64,000 nucleotides of DNA from Candidatus Sulfobium sp. (GCA_037380845.1 JARRRI010000003.1:36531-100530); one strand, 5' to 3'; counted from the stretch's first letter, positions 28,442-38,498 are shown. Numbers and translations: made by a program. Notes: generated by a model from the sequence alone, not told the origin.

Positions 28442-29503
28442 GTGAAAGACCATTTCAACAGAAGGGAATTCTTCAAGGCAGTCGGCGTGGGGACCATAGG
28501 TCTCGGCTTCGGTGTTTCGGTCTTTGACGGCATCTATCAGTATGCCGAAGCGCTCACTCAAACGGAGAAGCACGATCTCCTCATGAAGGGGACGGTAAAC
28601 TTCAAGGGGTATGTGGCAAAGGAAATCACCCCGAATGACGAATTCTATATCACGAGCTATTCTTCGAAGGTGCCCCACGTCCCACCAGAAAAGTTCAGGC
28701 TGAGGGTGGAAGGCCTTGTTGAAAAACCCTATGTCCTGAACCTGAAAGAGATCGAGGGAATGAAAGACAAGGACGAGTTCGTGACTTTGGAATGTATCGG
28801 CAACCCCATCGGAGGGTCGGCCATCTCCAATGCCTTGTGGGACGGCGTCACGCTGAGGAAGATTATCGAGAGGGCTGCACCCAAAGAGGGGATAGTTAAA
28901 ACCGCCTTTTTTGCAGAAGACGGATACTCGGACAGCATCCCCTATCCTCTCTCACTTTCCGACGACGTATTCCTGGCGTTCAGGATGAACGGCAAACCTT
29001 TGCCGGCAGTGCACGGTTTTCCACTGAGGGCGGTTGTCCCGGGCATTTACGGCATGAAGAGCGTAAAGTGGATCTCAAAGATAGAGCTGGTGAATTATGA
29101 CTTCAAGGGATACTGGGAGAAGAAAGGCTGGTCGGATGAGGCGGTAATTCCGGTACGCTCCCAGATACTTATGCCCATGAACGGCAGGACGATTCCTGCG
29201 GGCCATTACGTAATGGGCGGAATTGCCTTCGGCGGCAGATACGGCATCGGCAAAGTCCAGGTCTCCCTCGATGACGGAGACACGTGGCACGACGCCGAAC
29301 TGAAGCCCCCCCTCTCAAAATGGGCCTGGACCCTGTGGCGCTATGACTGGGAGCCCCGGGAGGCGGGGGAGCATACGCTTAAAGTCAGGGCATTTGACAG
29401 GCACGGTAAGATGCAGGAATCGGCGTCTCTCTTCGCCAAAATTCTGGGGACCTTTCCCGATGGCGCCAAAGGCATTGACTCCGTCGACGTGGAGGTAAGA
29501 TAG
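28442..29503 (+). CDS. Tat-exported sulfite-oxidase-family molybdoenzyme
   Basis: NRREFFK Tat motif; TLECIGN (Mo-ligand Cys), HGFPLR, YGMKSVKW, GYWE; C-terminal dimerisation domain. Confidence 0.9.
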   Translation: MKDHFNRREFFKAVGVGTIGLGFGVSVFDGIYQYAEALTQTEKHDLLMKGTVNFKGYVAKEITPNDEFYITSYSSKVPHVPPEKFRLRVEGLVEKPYVLNLKEIEGMKDKDEFVTLECIGNPIGGSAISNALWDGVTLRKIIERAAPKEGIVKTAFFAEDGYSDSIPYPLSLSDDVFLAFRMNGKPLPAVHGFPLRAVVPGIYGMKSVKWISKIELVNYDFKGYWEKKGWSDEAVIPVRSQILMPMNGRTIPAGHYVMGGIAFGGRYGIGKVQVSLDDGDTWHDAELKPPLSKWAWTLWRYDWEPREAGEHTLKVRAFDRHGKMQESASLFAKILGTFPDGAKGIDSVDVEVR

Positions 29504-29515
29504 AGGGCGCCGCTG

Positions 29516-29547
29516 CGGACGGGGAGCAGGCTGCCGTTCCCCGTCCG
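29516..29547 (+). terminator. Hairpin after the molybdoenzyme gene
   Basis: CGGACGGGGAGC...GTTCCCCGTCCG. Confidence 0.45.
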
Positions 29548-29715
29548 GAGCCGCGCTGTTTTAAATTAGCGAAGTCCGGTGTCCGGGTAAAATCTCCTCT
29601 TGCCTGCTGAATCGCAAGGGTATAACCGGCCGATGTTTGACTGCCGTTACTCCCCGGGATACACTTGATACATATGCATTAATTACCGCATCAATACATA
29701 ACACAGGAGGCGTCT

Positions 29716-31113
29716 ATGAAACAAAAGAAGATGGCGAGTCTCGCCGCGGTTGTCCTTTTTTCACTAGTAACAGTCTTTTTTGCCCTCTGCCAGACGGGAT
29801 GCGAAAGGATAGAGACCAGCTATAAGACAGTCGGGTTTCCCAAATCCTTCGCGGAACTTGCCGAAAGGGTCAACCCGGCGGTAGTGAACATCAGCACCGA
29901 CACGACCGTGAGAGTCCCGGGAGGTCCGTTCAGTCAGTTTTTTGGTCCTTTTTTCGGTCAGATGCCGGACAGGGAAATGAAGCAGAAGAGCCTCGGCTCC
30001 GGATTCATAATCGACAGCGACGGCTTCATCCTTACGAATAACCACGTTGTTGCGGGGGCGCAAGAAATCAAGGTAAAGCTCGCCGACGGGCGGGAATACA
30101 AGGCCAAGGTGGTCGGGAGAGACCCGAAAACCGATCTGGCCCTTATAAAGATATCGTCCATGTTCAAGAACCTGCCGACACTTCCGCTCGGGAATTCCGA
30201 CAAGATGAAGGTCGGTGACTGGGTTCTCGCCATCGGAAATCCATTCGGTCTCGGCCATACTGTTACTCAGGGCATTATCAGTGCAACGGGACGGGTCATC
30301 GGGTCGGGACCCTACGATAACTTCCTGCAGACGGATGCCCCCATCAACCCCGGCAACAGCGGCGGTCCGCTGGTGAACCTCGAGGGCCAGGTCATCGGGA
30401 TAAACAGTGCCATTATCGCGTCAGGACAGGGGATTGGCTTCGCCATACCCAGCAATATGGCAAAGCAGATCGTTTCCCAGCTGAAGACAAAGGGGAAGGT
30501 CGTGCGGGGATGGATCGGGGTATCAATACAGACCGTGACCCCTGCCATCGCTCAGGCTTTCGGACTGAAGAACGATAAGGGGGCCCTTGTAGCGGAAGCA
30601 GTGCCGAACGGCCCCGCGCAGGCCGCAGGGATAAAGCAGGGAGACGTAATAGTGTCCTTCAACGGAAAGACGATCAACAGGATGTCAGACCTTCCCTTTA
30701 TTGTGGCGGAGACTCCCGTCGGCAAGACGGTTCCGGTGACGGTTGTCCGGAACGGAAAAGAGCTGACTCTCAATATAAAGATAGCCGAAATGCCTCAGGG
30801 ACAGGCGGCCGGAGGGACTCCCGCGCCGGCGGAGAGGCTCGGCCTCACAATATCCAACATTACCCCCCAGATACGGAACGAGTTCGGGCTCACTGACACT
30901 TCGGGGGTCCTTGTGGTAAATGTTTCCCAGGGAAGTCTGGCCGCTGACGCAGGCATACAGCCCGGCGATATAATCAAGGAAGTCAACAGGATGCCGGTAA
31001 AGGACGTTAGTGATTACGAAAGCGCCATAAGGAAATGGGAAAAGAACAAGCCCCTGCTTCTGCTGATAAAAAGAAAGGGGCAAACCTTCTTTGTTTCGAT
31101 AAAGGCTTCATAG
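29716..31113 (+). CDS. DegP/DegQ (HtrA) serine endoprotease with two PDZ domains
   Basis: LTNNHV, TDLAL, QTDAPINPGNSGGPL. Confidence 0.95.
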   Translation: MKQKKMASLAAVVLFSLVTVFFALCQTGCERIETSYKTVGFPKSFAELAERVNPAVVNISTDTTVRVPGGPFSQFFGPFFGQMPDREMKQKSLGSGFIIDSDGFILTNNHVVAGAQEIKVKLADGREYKAKVVGRDPKTDLALIKISSMFKNLPTLPLGNSDKMKVGDWVLAIGNPFGLGHTVTQGIISATGRVIGSGPYDNFLQTDAPINPGNSGGPLVNLEGQVIGINSAIIASGQGIGFAIPSNMAKQIVSQLKTKGKVVRGWIGVSIQTVTPAIAQAFGLKNDKGALVAEAVPNGPAQAAGIKQGDVIVSFNGKTINRMSDLPFIVAETPVGKTVPVTVVRNGKELTLNIKIAEMPQGQAAGGTPAPAERLGLTISNITPQIRNEFGLTDTSGVLVVNVSQGSLAADAGIQPGDIIKEVNRMPVKDVSDYESAIRKWEKNKPLLLLIKRKGQTFFVSIKAS

Positions 31114-31165
31114 GGATGCGAATCCGCAGGCGTCAGCGGAAACCCTTACAAAAAGGAGTAGCAAA

Positions 31166-32614
31166 ATGAAAAATCTTTCTTACGTGAAACGGACAGTGGC
31201 GGCGATGCTGGCGGTTTTCTGCGTACTGTCTTTACAGGCACTGTGTCCGGGGAGCACGTTTGCCAAAGAAGTCCCTCAGGATGCGAAGGACTTCCTTAAC
31301 AAGATGAGCAGTTCCCTGGCCGCGGTCGCCGAAGTGACAAAACCGTCGGTAGTGAACGTGTCCACTACAACGACCGTCAGCTTGGAAGAGAGACCTTTTG
31401 GAGAATTCTTTAACGATCCCCTCTTCAGAAAGTTTTTCGGGGAGCAATTCGGTCATCCCGGTCACAGAAGACAATATAAGTCTTCGGCCCTTGGTTCCGG
31501 CGTAATAGTCTCATCCGACGGATACATATTGACTAATTACCATGTCATTAAAGGCGCCCAGGAGATAAAGGTAATCCTGTACGACGGCAGAGAATTTAAG
31601 GGGAAGGTCATAGGTGACGACCCGCCGACCGATATCGCGGTCCTCAAAATCAACGCCCGGAATCTCCCCGCCATCAAAATGGGAGAATCAAAGAACCTGA
31701 AGGCGGGTGATGTTGTGCTGGCCATCGGCAATCCTTTCGGACTCAACCAGACCGTAACAATGGGCATCGTGAGCGCCGTCGGCAGGGCTGACGTAGGTAT
31801 TTCCAGCTACGAGGATTTCATACAGACAGACGCGGCGATCAACCCCGGTAATTCCGGAGGCGCAATGGTTAACGCCAACGGAGAACTTGTGGGCATAAAC
31901 ACTGCCATCTTTTCGACCAGCGGAGGATACATGGGCATAGGGTTTGCCATCCCGTCGGACATGGCCAACACAGTCGCCCAGAGCATTCTTAAATACGGCA
32001 AGGTGATCCGGAGCTGGCTCGGTGTTACGGTGCAGGACCTTACCCCGGCGCTTGCGCAGTCTTTCGGAATCAAGCATGAAAAAGGGGCCCTCGTCACCGA
32101 CGTCACGAAGAACAGTCCGGCAGATAAAGCCGGATTCAAGCGAGGAGACCTCATAGTGGGGTTCGACGGAAAGCCGGTTGAGAATTCGCTGAGTCTAAGA
32201 AATATGGTTGTTAACACACCCCCGGGCAAGACTGTGGACATACGGGCCGTAAGGGGTGGCAGGCAATTGACCATCAAGGCCACTCTCAGTGAACTGACCG
32301 AAAAAAAGGAGGTCAGGAAAACCGAATATGAAAATGTACTGAGGGGTGTCCATGTGGAGGAACTCTCTCCCGATATCAGGGCAAACTTGAACATTCCTGC
32401 CGACGTGAAAGGAGTGGTTGTGGCGGAAATAAGTGAGGGAAGCCCTGCCGCCGAAGTGCTCATGAAGAATGATGTTATTCAGGAGATAGACCGGAAACCT
32501 GTTTCAAACCTCGGCGATTACGAGAAAATAGTGGAGGGTATCGGACCTTCAAGTTCCGTGCTCCTTCTGATATACAGAAACGGAGGCTATATTTACGTGA
32601 CTATAAAGCCGTAA
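31166..32614 (+). CDS. Second DegP/DegQ (HtrA) serine endoprotease
   Basis: LTNYHV, TDIAV, QTDAAINPGNSGGA; two PDZ domains. Confidence 0.95.
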   Translation: MKNLSYVKRTVAAMLAVFCVLSLQALCPGSTFAKEVPQDAKDFLNKMSSSLAAVAEVTKPSVVNVSTTTTVSLEERPFGEFFNDPLFRKFFGEQFGHPGHRRQYKSSALGSGVIVSSDGYILTNYHVIKGAQEIKVILYDGREFKGKVIGDDPPTDIAVLKINARNLPAIKMGESKNLKAGDVVLAIGNPFGLNQTVTMGIVSAVGRADVGISSYEDFIQTDAAINPGNSGGAMVNANGELVGINTAIFSTSGGYMGIGFAIPSDMANTVAQSILKYGKVIRSWLGVTVQDLTPALAQSFGIKHEKGALVTDVTKNSPADKAGFKRGDLIVGFDGKPVENSLSLRNMVVNTPPGKTVDIRAVRGGRQLTIKATLSELTEKKEVRKTEYENVLRGVHVEELSPDIRANLNIPADVKGVVVAEISEGSPAAEVLMKNDVIQEIDRKPVSNLGDYEKIVEGIGPSSSVLLLIYRNGGYIYVTIKP

Positions 32615-32817
32615 TGACCGCGGGGAGTGTCAATCGTCAGTCTGCGTCGGGGTTCCCGGGGTTTTTTTCTGTGCCCGCATTCATCATGCGGACCGAGCCG
32701 GCACTCCCCTGCCAAAGGGCGCACTGAAGCGATTGCTGAGGCCCTCCTGTGGTATACTTTACGATGACGGCCGGAAATGCCTTTCAGTCTGTTCCGGAAA
32801 AGTCCGGAAGAAAAGAA

Positions 32818-33093
32818 ATGTCCAGAACCCCTCTGCTCACCTTTGGACGCACTCTGAAAACCGTCGCAGGATTTCTCATCATCCTTGCGGGTCTGCTGGG
32901 CGGCCTCTGGCTTGCATGGTGGCTCGGCTTCAGGGGAGACATCGTGGAGATTCTTCACCAGGCGAAGATGAGCCTGCCGGGATGGGTATGGCTGGTAATG
33001 AAATACGGCCTGTCATTGGCTTTCGGAGTGCTGTTCATCGTATTTTTCCTTATACTGGGTGTCCTGGTACTGGGAGGGATAGGACGAGAATAG
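32818..33093 (+). CDS. Small two-TM membrane protein
   Basis: Two hydrophobic segments; start chosen at ATG 32818. Confidence 0.55.
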   Translation: MSRTPLLTFGRTLKTVAGFLIILAGLLGGLWLAWWLGFRGDIVEILHQAKMSLPGWVWLVMKYGLSLAFGVLFIVFFLILGVLVLGGIGRE

Positions 33094-33423
33094 CAGAGTC
33101 CGGCTCCACTGCCGGCCGTCCTCCGCCGTGCTGCAGATCTGCCGATTGTCCCCGCAGGTGTCCTGCGGTCCTGTCTGTTCCGGTTGATGTTCTGGTAATT
33201 GTCTCTTCGAAAGGGAGTTCTTCCTGCCTGAGCGGTAACTTGCGGCCGCAGCGGGAACAATAGTTATTTCCGAGTCAAGTATTTTCCTGATGACTTCGAG
33301 TTCGAGGTACTCTCCCTCTATCGTTTCCCAGGACAACAGAGTCCTGATGGCGTCTCTGAAAAATATCCTTTCGGTAAGCGAAAGCCGCTGCACCTCCATC
33401 CTCCAGAATCTGACAGATTTCAT
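33013..33423 (-). CDS. Hypothetical protein; 3' part doubtful
   Basis: GAGGGGG RBS before ATG; first ~55 aa look protein-like; tail overlaps the opposite gene. Confidence 0.3.
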   Translation of the reverse strand: MKSVRFWRMEVQRLSLTERIFFRDAIRTLLSWETIEGEYLELEVIRKILDSEITIVPAAAASYRSGRKNSLSKRQLPEHQPEQTGPQDTCGDNRQICSTAEDGRQWSRTLLFSSYPSQYQDTQYKEKYDEQHSESQ

Positions 33424-33763
33424 TGCACCCCCTCACTTTAACAGAGATATTAAAGCATATGTGATAAAGCCACAAAAATTCTGTAATCCGAATCACCGAA
33501 ACTTATCACAAAACCGGATTCCGGAAGAGCCCCTCGCCCTGACGAAGGGGGGCCACTCTAAGCCCTTGGCAGACCGATGAAAAAGTCTCAGGTTCGCAAC
33601 GCGCGATAATGCAGGCAAACCAGGGAACGGCAAAGAATGAATTCTGAGGAGTCTTCAGGCCGGTTTCAGAGGGAAGAGTGCCTTCCCTTCTCCTTGACAT
33701 CCGGGGGAGCGGTGATATGATGGTTGTAGACGAAGCCGGGCCTTCAAAGGAGATGGAGGGGAC

Positions 33764-34297
33764 GTGGCGAAAAGAGTGACTACTGAAATATTTTTCTTCG
33801 GACTGGCACTGGTGATCATATCCGGATGCAGTTACCCGATATCCAAAGCCCTGAGGAACCAGGCGGATGAGAACCTCGCCTTTACCGACGTCCTCGCCAG
33901 GCCGTCTGCTTATAGCGGTGTGGTCGTAATCTGGGGCGGGGTGATTGTGAAGACGGTCAGCCGACCCGGCCGAAGCGAACTCGTACTATGGGAAACGCCG
34001 CTCGATTCCCGCGGAAAGCCCGGGGGCAACGAATTTTCCAGCGGCCTGTTTATGGCAGAGACTTCGGAATTTCTGGACCCGAAGAAATTCTCCGGGGGCC
34101 GAAAGGTAACGGTGGCAGGGAAACTGGCGGGCGGTGAGACAGGGGTCTACAACGGCAAGCCCTATTTATATCCATTGGTGGAAATAAAGGAGCTTCACCT
34201 TTGGCCGGAACGGATCAGGTGGAACTGGGGGAGAATCCCCTATTATTGGCCCAACCAGTATTCCCCGACACGGCGGTACCGTGAGCCTCTCGACTGA
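33764..34297 (+). CDS. Slp-family outer-membrane lipoprotein
   Basis: Lipobox ISGC; WGGVI, FLDP, GRKVTVAG, YLYP..LHLW. Confidence 0.88.
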   Translation: MAKRVTTEIFFFGLALVIISGCSYPISKALRNQADENLAFTDVLARPSAYSGVVVIWGGVIVKTVSRPGRSELVLWETPLDSRGKPGGNEFSSGLFMAETSEFLDPKKFSGGRKVTVAGKLAGGETGVYNGKPYLYPLVEIKELHLWPERIRWNWGRIPYYWPNQYSPTRRYREPLD

Positions 34298-34429
34298 ACC
34301 AAAAGGCATGGGTCCTGAAATCCGTACACAACCTCCACTGTTTTCACCCCCCCTTTTTTCCAACTGCGGTTCTTTGATATCATGTAATTAAAGTCGGGTC
34401 TCAGACCCTGAACCCAGGAGGGCGAATAA

Positions 34430-34900
34430 ATGAAGAGAAAAGACCTAACCCTCGAAAGAATAACGGCCTGCATGGTCATGGAGTCTGCATGTTCGGGTGT
34501 CTTTCATATTCTGGCGCTTGATTTCCCGGGCGAAAAAGAACTCTGGAACAGGATAGCCGCAGGTGAAGAGCAGCGGGCCGAGATTCTGGCTCAGGGGATA
34601 GGCCTGAGGCCCTCCACGGAGTATGAAGTTCCGGATGAATTTGTCCATATCAGGAAGACCGTCGATTATGCAAGCGAAATCAAGAAACAGCTGGTTGACG
34701 GGAAAACCTCGCTGGAAGACGCCCTTGAAATGGTAATGAGACTCAGGGAATACAAGAAACTCGGGTACTCTGCCGATCTCCTGGGAAGAGAGAATGATGA
34801 ACGGATAAAAAAGGTGTTCAGGAGGCTCTTCGAGATAGATGAGGCCAATGCGGACCTGATACGGTCCGTCGCAGACAGATACGGGGTCGCCATGCCGTAG
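34430..34900 (+). CDS. Ferritin-like helical protein with degenerate metal ligands
   Basis: GGAGGG RBS; E...FP..KELW..IA.GEEQR pattern. Confidence 0.55.
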   Translation: MKRKDLTLERITACMVMESACSGVFHILALDFPGEKELWNRIAAGEEQRAEILAQGIGLRPSTEYEVPDEFVHIRKTVDYASEIKKQLVDGKTSLEDALEMVMRLREYKKLGYSADLLGRENDERIKKVFRRLFEIDEANADLIRSVADRYGVAMP

Positions 34901-35098
34901 ACCCTCTGTTTTGCCCCACCCCACAATACCGGACCTGAAAGATTCGCTGAAAGTCACGGACCGCAAAATACCTTTGAACCCAGGCCGTCTTTTGTTGTAG
35001 AATTGTTCATTTGGAGGTTTCGGAAAAAACAGGAAGCGTCAAGATCTGTCGGTGGCGCCCCTGATTGATCAAATAACGTTGGAAGGAGGACACGCGAC

Positions 35099-35308
35099 AT
35101 GGAGTCAAAAAATCGCGACAGCTGGGTAACGATAGCCGTGCTGATTTTCACTCTCGCTGCAGGTCTGGGAGGGGGCTTCAGCCTCAGTAAAATGATACCC
35201 CATATCCAGCCCTGGCAGGCGCCGTTTTACGCCGTAGTCGGCGGAATATTTATCGCCATAGCCGATATTATCCTGTTTCAGATATTGTCATCTTTTCAGG
35301 ACGCATAA
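35099..35308 (+). CDS. Small two-TM membrane protein
   Basis: AGGAGG RBS; two hydrophobic helices. Confidence 0.6.
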   Translation: MESKNRDSWVTIAVLIFTLAAGLGGGFSLSKMIPHIQPWQAPFYAVVGGIFIAIADIILFQILSSFQDA

Positions 35309-35391
35309 CCTTTCTGTGAGATGACAGATGTAGCCGGTAGTCGACAACGGGGAGCGGCCTCGCCGTCCGCCGGTATTTGCCGTAAGGGTCG

Positions 35392-35796
35392 ATGAAGACC
35401 GTTATCGTCGATTACCGTGAGACCGCCTCCGGGAAGAGAGGCCCGAGCGCAATCCGTCCCCGCACAAACGGCAAGTTCCTGCAGGTAAGACATGATGATA
35501 CGGAATATATTCTCTTTTCTCCTCGGGAAGTTACTCCTTATCACTCGGATCTCCTTGAGCGCTTTTGCAGGGAAAGGGGTATAAAAGGCTCTTACGACAG
35601 CAAGCGAAAACGTTATGACATCCGTGAATCCTCGTGGACCGTTGAAGGCGGCGGCAAGTTCGACATTGACACGGTGCGCAAGTATATCCGCCTTTATGAT
35701 AACTCTATGGCTTATGGGAAATTCGACGCCGCCGGACTGAAGGACAAGGTACTCCTTGTGAAAGGGCTGGCGGGCTACAGGGTAATGATCGAATAA
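35392..35796 (+). CDS. Hypothetical protein resembling Janus/Ocnus (PHPT1-type) phosphohistidine phosphatase
   Basis: GKFLQV, YHSD, GGGK, IRLYDNSMAYG motifs in PHPT1 order. Confidence 0.65.
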   Translation: MKTVIVDYRETASGKRGPSAIRPRTNGKFLQVRHDDTEYILFSPREVTPYHSDLLERFCRERGIKGSYDSKRKRYDIRESSWTVEGGGKFDIDTVRKYIRLYDNSMAYGKFDAAGLKDKVLLVKGLAGYRVMIE

Positions 35797-35895
35797 CAGG
35801 TTTCCGGCCTCCGTTATTATCCAGCTTTTCTTTTGATCCCATATCCGCCGAACAGACGGGCAGTTGCTTTTTCCTCTCAACCCTTTCCGTCCGGA

Positions 35896-35924
35896 TTGAC
35901 CTCCCGCCAATTCATTGCTAGACT
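35896..35924 (+). promoter_or_regulatory. Sigma-70-like promoter of the copper operon
   Basis: TTGACC-17 bp-TAGACT. Confidence 0.5.
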
Positions 35925-35991
35925 TTAAAAAAATCCGGAGGAAATAAAAACGGGGAAAAGCACAAGTCATCAGACAGCGTCCCCAAGGAAA

Positions 35992-36963
35992 ATGGAGCCG
36001 ACGGGGAGGACTTCACAATTTCTTCGTGCCGCGGATATATGGCAATATTTGTGTGCCGCGGTGATTCTTGTCCTGTTTCTGCCGGCATATTCTTCGGCCC
36101 ACGGCTTTGCGGGCAAAAGGTTTTTCCCTACCACCTTTCAGGTCGATGACCCCTTTGTTTCCGACGAGTTTTCAATACTTTTTGATCACATAAAGGAGCC
36201 TGATGATCAGCCGTCAAGGACCACGGATTTCGACCTTGAATACTCCAAGCGTATCACGCCGCATCTTGGCGTATTTGTCGGCGAGTCATACAGCCACCTG
36301 GACTTCTTAGGCAACGGCTCGGCAAGCGGCTTCGGCAATCTCGAACTGGGGATCAAGTATCAGTTTCTGACGAGCGCCGAACACGAGACAATACTTTCGG
36401 CCGGAGCGGGAGTGGAGATCGGGGGCACGGGTGCAAGGCGGGTGGGCGCAGAGTCCTTTTCGGTCCTGTCGTCTGCCCTGTTTTTCGGAAAAGGCTTCGG
36501 CGACCTCCCGCCGTCGGTAAAATTTCTCAGGCCCTTCGCCGTCACCGGGGTGGTGGGCCCGAACTTCTCAGGCAGGAGCAGTAATGTGATCGTTAACGAA
36601 GACACCGGGGAGACCGAGATAGAACGCAACCCCGATACCCTTACCTGGGGATTTACCATCCAGTACAGTCTGATATACCTTCAATCCTTTGTGAAGGACA
36701 TCGGTCTCGGAGCCCCCTTCAACCGCATGGTAGTTCTGGCCGAGTTTCCCATGGAGACCTGTCTGAACAGGGGATGCAAAGGGCGGACTTTTGGGACGAT
36801 AAACCCCGGGATAATCTGGGTAGGCAAAAGCTACCAGCTCGGTATTGCCGCCCAGATACCCGTCAATGACCGTACGGGTAAAAACGTAGGTGTCCTGGGA
36901 CTCATACACTTCTTTATCGATGACATATTCCCGGACAGCATAGGAAAACCGATATTACCGTGA
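35992..36963 (+). CDS. Secreted/outer-membrane beta-rich protein linked to copCD
   Basis: Signal peptide giving mature N-terminal His (SSA|HGFAGKRFFP); SGFGNLELGIKYQF; overlaps copC start. Confidence 0.75.
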   Translation: MEPTGRTSQFLRAADIWQYLCAAVILVLFLPAYSSAHGFAGKRFFPTTFQVDDPFVSDEFSILFDHIKEPDDQPSRTTDFDLEYSKRITPHLGVFVGESYSHLDFLGNGSASGFGNLELGIKYQFLTSAEHETILSAGAGVEIGGTGARRVGAESFSVLSSALFFGKGFGDLPPSVKFLRPFAVTGVVGPNFSGRSSNVIVNEDTGETEIERNPDTLTWGFTIQYSLIYLQSFVKDIGLGAPFNRMVVLAEFPMETCLNRGCKGRTFGTINPGIIWVGKSYQLGIAAQIPVNDRTGKNVGVLGLIHFFIDDIFPDSIGKPILP

Positions 36964-37346
36964 GGAAGACTTTCTTCAAGGCGGGTTTTATGATGACGTT
37001 CCAGGTTCTCGTCATCGTATTTACTTGTTCATTATCAGGGACTTCTTTTGCCCATGTTTTTCCGGACCATTCCGATCCGAGGGTGGGAGCGACTGTCCAG
37101 GACCCACCAGCCTGGGTCAGGATCTGGTTCGACGGGGCTCTGGAGCCTGCCTTTTGCACGGTGGTAGTGCGGGACGAAAATGGTAAACAAGTCGACAAGG
37201 GCAATGTACAAGTCGATCCCGACGATGCAACCCTGATCGAGGTCGGCCTGCCTCCACTGCCGGCCGGAACCTATAGAGTAATATGGAATGTGGTGGCCAG
37301 GGATGGACATCGCACCGAGGGAGATTATACCTTCGATGTTAAATGA
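36960..37346 (+). CDS. copC: Copper-binding periplasmic protein CopC
   Basis: SFA|H mature N-terminus; GTYRVIWNVVARDGHRTEG. Confidence 0.92.
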   Translation: MRKTFFKAGFMMTFQVLVIVFTCSLSGTSFAHVFPDHSDPRVGATVQDPPAWVRIWFDGALEPAFCTVVVRDENGKQVDKGNVQVDPDDATLIEVGLPPLPAGTYRVIWNVVARDGHRTEGDYTFDVK

Positions 37347-37442
37347 ACCTCCGGCCGGACAGGCAGGCATACTTCGGTTTGCGGGAATCGACATACGATC
37401 AATGTTATCTCTTACAATAAAACCGGGGGGAGTTGATCCCCA

Positions 37443-38498
37443 ATGAACGTCTTCATCCACGACATTGCTTCATGGTTCGAACTCATTTCGCTTGCATACT
37501 GTACCGGGGTACTGGTATGCCGACTTCTGGTTTTGCCGCCTTCGGCGCCTGCCGGATTTTCCGGACAGGGATATTTCCCTGTCCGGGCCTGGCGGTTGTT
37601 CGGCATCGCCCTGGCTGTAATGTTTGCCGGCAGTGCTGCAGATCTCCTTCTAAGGGCCGCCGGGATGACCGGCAGGCCCGTATCGGATGTCTTCCCGGAG
37701 ATGTCAACAGTCCTTTTCCATACTCATTACGGTCGCGTATGGATGATCCGCATCGCCGCGCTTCTGCTGCTGTCTTTCTTTTCAGCGGTCGAACTCCGAC
37801 ATCGCAGTTCAAGGATATTTCTTGCTGCCGCCCTGTCCTTGGTCGTCGTCGTTGCCGCAACCAGAAGCGCGTCGGGACACGCCTCGGATGCGGGCGACTT
37901 CAGCATGGCCGAGATAATGGACTGGTTGCACCTTATGGCGGCCTCCGTATGGGGCGGCGGGCTCTTCGTGCTCTCCGTGGTCATCCTTCCCGAGGTCATC
38001 AGGTCGGATGAACTGCCGGCGTCCCTCCTGGCCTCGGTGGCGGGCAGGTTTTCGCGTATGGCCGGCGCCGCTGTCGGTGTTCTCGCTTTCACCGCTTTGT
38101 ATAATGCCTGGCTCCATGTGGGGAGCCTCGAAGGTCTGTGGCTCACCCCCTATGGGGACACGGTAATCATAAAGATTCTTCTCTTTTTTCTCCTTGTCAA
38201 CCTGGGGGCTTTCAACCGCTACGTCAGCGTACCACTGTTACAGGAATTCGGAGGCATCGATCCCGGCAGGAGGGGGTTTGTAGGTCGCCTCGCAGTGCGC
38301 GTCATGCCCCGGTCGGGAAGAAATCAGGACGCTCGCGGCGCAGCCTCGCGGTTCATGCGGAGTGTAAAAACAGAGGCGATGCTTGTTGCAATAGTACTGC
38401 TCTTGGCCGCCCTACTCGCCCAGGAGGTCCCCGCTCGGCACGCCCTCCGCGCAATGTCAGGGCAGGGTCATGCCCACAACATGAGAATTAACAGATGA
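37443..38498 (+). CDS. copD: CopD-family inner-membrane copper protein
   Basis: THYGRVW, SASGHA, DWLHLMAASVWGGGL, RFS, TPYG...K, LGAFNRY. Confidence 0.9.
   Translation: MNVFIHDIASWFELISLAYCTGVLVCRLLVLPPSAPAGFSGQGYFPVRAWRLFGIALAVMFAGSAADLLLRAAGMTGRPVSDVFPEMSTVLFHTHYGRVWMIRIAALLLLSFFSAVELRHRSSRIFLAAALSLVVVVAATRSASGHASDAGDFSMAEIMDWLHLMAASVWGGGLFVLSVVILPEVIRSDELPASLLASVAGRFSRMAGAAVGVLAFTALYNAWLHVGSLEGLWLTPYGDTVIIKILLFFLLVNLGAFNRYVSVPLLQEFGGIDPGRRGFVGRLAVRVMPRSGRNQDARGAASRFMRSVKTEAMLVAIVLLLAALLAQEVPARHALRAMSGQGHAHNMRINR

Noticed and set aside
32800..35830. Run of small co-oriented genes suggesting an integron cassette array (GCATAAC and AATAAC after stops)
   Set aside because: No complementary GTTRRRY at a suitable distance, no repeated attC, no integrase
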